Shown here piece by piece: positions 63,096 through 64,000 of a DNA stretch of 64,000 nucleotides (its first letter is position 1; each line of letters starts with the position of its first letter). The stretch spans positions 7,130,001-7,194,000 of the forward strand of contig CM119375.1 in assembly GCA_051294905.1 (NCBI GenBank), in the 5' to 3' direction. This DNA comes from Botryllus schlosseri (Eukaryota). Both the position numbers and the translations under genes were made by a program. A model generated the notes under the pieces. The model was not told the DNA's origin. It saw only the letters and a list, made by a program, of their open reading frames with translations, and searched no databases.

Positions 63096-63891
63096 CTAAA
63101 GTTTTCGCGTCGAACCGTAGCCGGTGTTGAAGGACTCGTCGAAAAACGAAGGCGATTCGCTGTCCGGCAGGAATTTCTGAACTTCCGTAATAACCGATTT
63201 TGCCTGAAACATATAGTCGATCCATAATGCGTCGAAGTTGACCTTAATCGGATTTTAGAATTTTTGAAATTAATTTTTGGTAAAATTTGAAGCGATTTCT
63301 CCCCGATGCTATTTGTGGAATCAACTCATTTTAAAGAACGAGATTGAATCGTAGAAGTAATGCAATATATTTAAACTCAATTACAAGTAGAGCATAGTAG
63401 TTACAATTTACAATCAATGTAGTAGAAGTAGCAATTTCCAATAGCTGGCAAAACTACTTCAAGCAGACGTAGAAGTAGAAAATGAAGGCCTGAAATCTAT
63501 TCGAGTATGTATTTGAAAAAACTAAATTTGGTCGAGTGGCCGCAATAAATTTTTTGCAATAAATTGAATTGAATTGAGAAGTGGAAGAAGTCTAAAACAC
63601 TTGAGTAAGTAGTACAATGGGTAAATCTACTTGAGTACTACAAAAAAGTAGAAGTACTTCGGTACTGACCACCTCTGGACATTCTAACTATTTTCATATA
63701 CTTACGAAAAGGTAAAATAACGCGAGCGCCTCGCTCAATTCCTGCACCGTCTCCAAATCAAAATTTTCAATCAAAGACTTGGCCATTCGCGCGTGCATCA
63801 CGTCCACGTTTCGTATCTCCAGCTCGCCGATCATGCGCCGCAAGCCTTCGCGGCCTGTCTTTCCCATCAGAGATTGTATGGCCGTCCAGCT
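63096..63891 (-). CDS. 3' end of an uncharacterised protein with possible dynein microtubule-binding-domain-like C-terminus (partial; 5' exons beyond the window)
   Basis: Exons 63891-63706 (tcaag|...|gtaagt, phase 0) and 63203-63096 (tttcag|...TAG): SWTAIQSLMGKTGREGLRRMIGELEIRNVDVMHARMAKSLIENFDLETVQELSEALALFYLF|AKSVITEVQKFLPDSESPSFFDESFNTGYGSTRKL*. Not in the ORF track. Confidence 0.75.
63340..63677 (+). mobile_element. Family E MITE in the last intron of the minus-strand gene
   Basis: Ends agtagaagtacttcggtactgaccacctctg. Confidence 0.75.
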
Positions 63892-64000
63892 CTTGACATA
63901 ACAATCGAAGTATATTAGGATAAGTCTTGGCGCTAAATCTTGGCATACGGTAGGGGGAATAACAACTGGATCGGTTGACTATGCCATTGACGGTACATGC

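Noticed and set aside
63892-63978. Stop-free in-frame extension upstream of the 63891 exon
   Set aside because: Contains a GTATGC...CTAAT...CAAG 57-nt intron-like segment and does not fit the recalled family pattern, so I treated it as intron; the true upstream exon is unresolved.

Overview
Eukaryotic, AT-rich, intron-containing DNA, most consistent with an invertebrate chordate (ascidian/tunicate-like: chordate-type tropomyosin, shortest introns about 55-65 nt, dense hAT-type MITEs). The species cannot be fixed from sequence alone. I rebuilt four genes by hand from GT-AG boundaries and reading phase. (1) A complete 284-aa striated-muscle-type tropomyosin (minus, 1234-5263, 8 coding exons). 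(2) An Sp6/7/8/9-class zinc-finger gene (plus, about 20259-22663) whose second zinc finger is absent from the locus, so ZF1 splices in frame to ZF3. (3) A 28-exon gene (plus, 36059-61153, 1572 aa) for a secreted protein: signal peptide, trefoil domain, Pro/Thr/Ser linker and 29 thrombospondin type-1 repeats, most of them shortened 4-Cys, His-bearing units arranged in duplicated blocks. (4) The last two exons of an uncharacterised gene with a possible dynein microtubule-binding-domain-like fold (minus, 63096-63891), missed by the ORF track. Much of the remainder is non-autonomous DNA transposons, many with readable TIRs and 8-bp TSDs, plus a tRNA-derived SINE and micro-repeats. The best unexplained signals are the two-finger Sp gene, a family of 12-31 bp hairpin micro-insertions with 7-9 bp target duplications, two ATG-only exons, and coding-like orphan islands on both sides of the Sp gene. 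No database searches or computations were run; all homology calls come from recalled family motifs.
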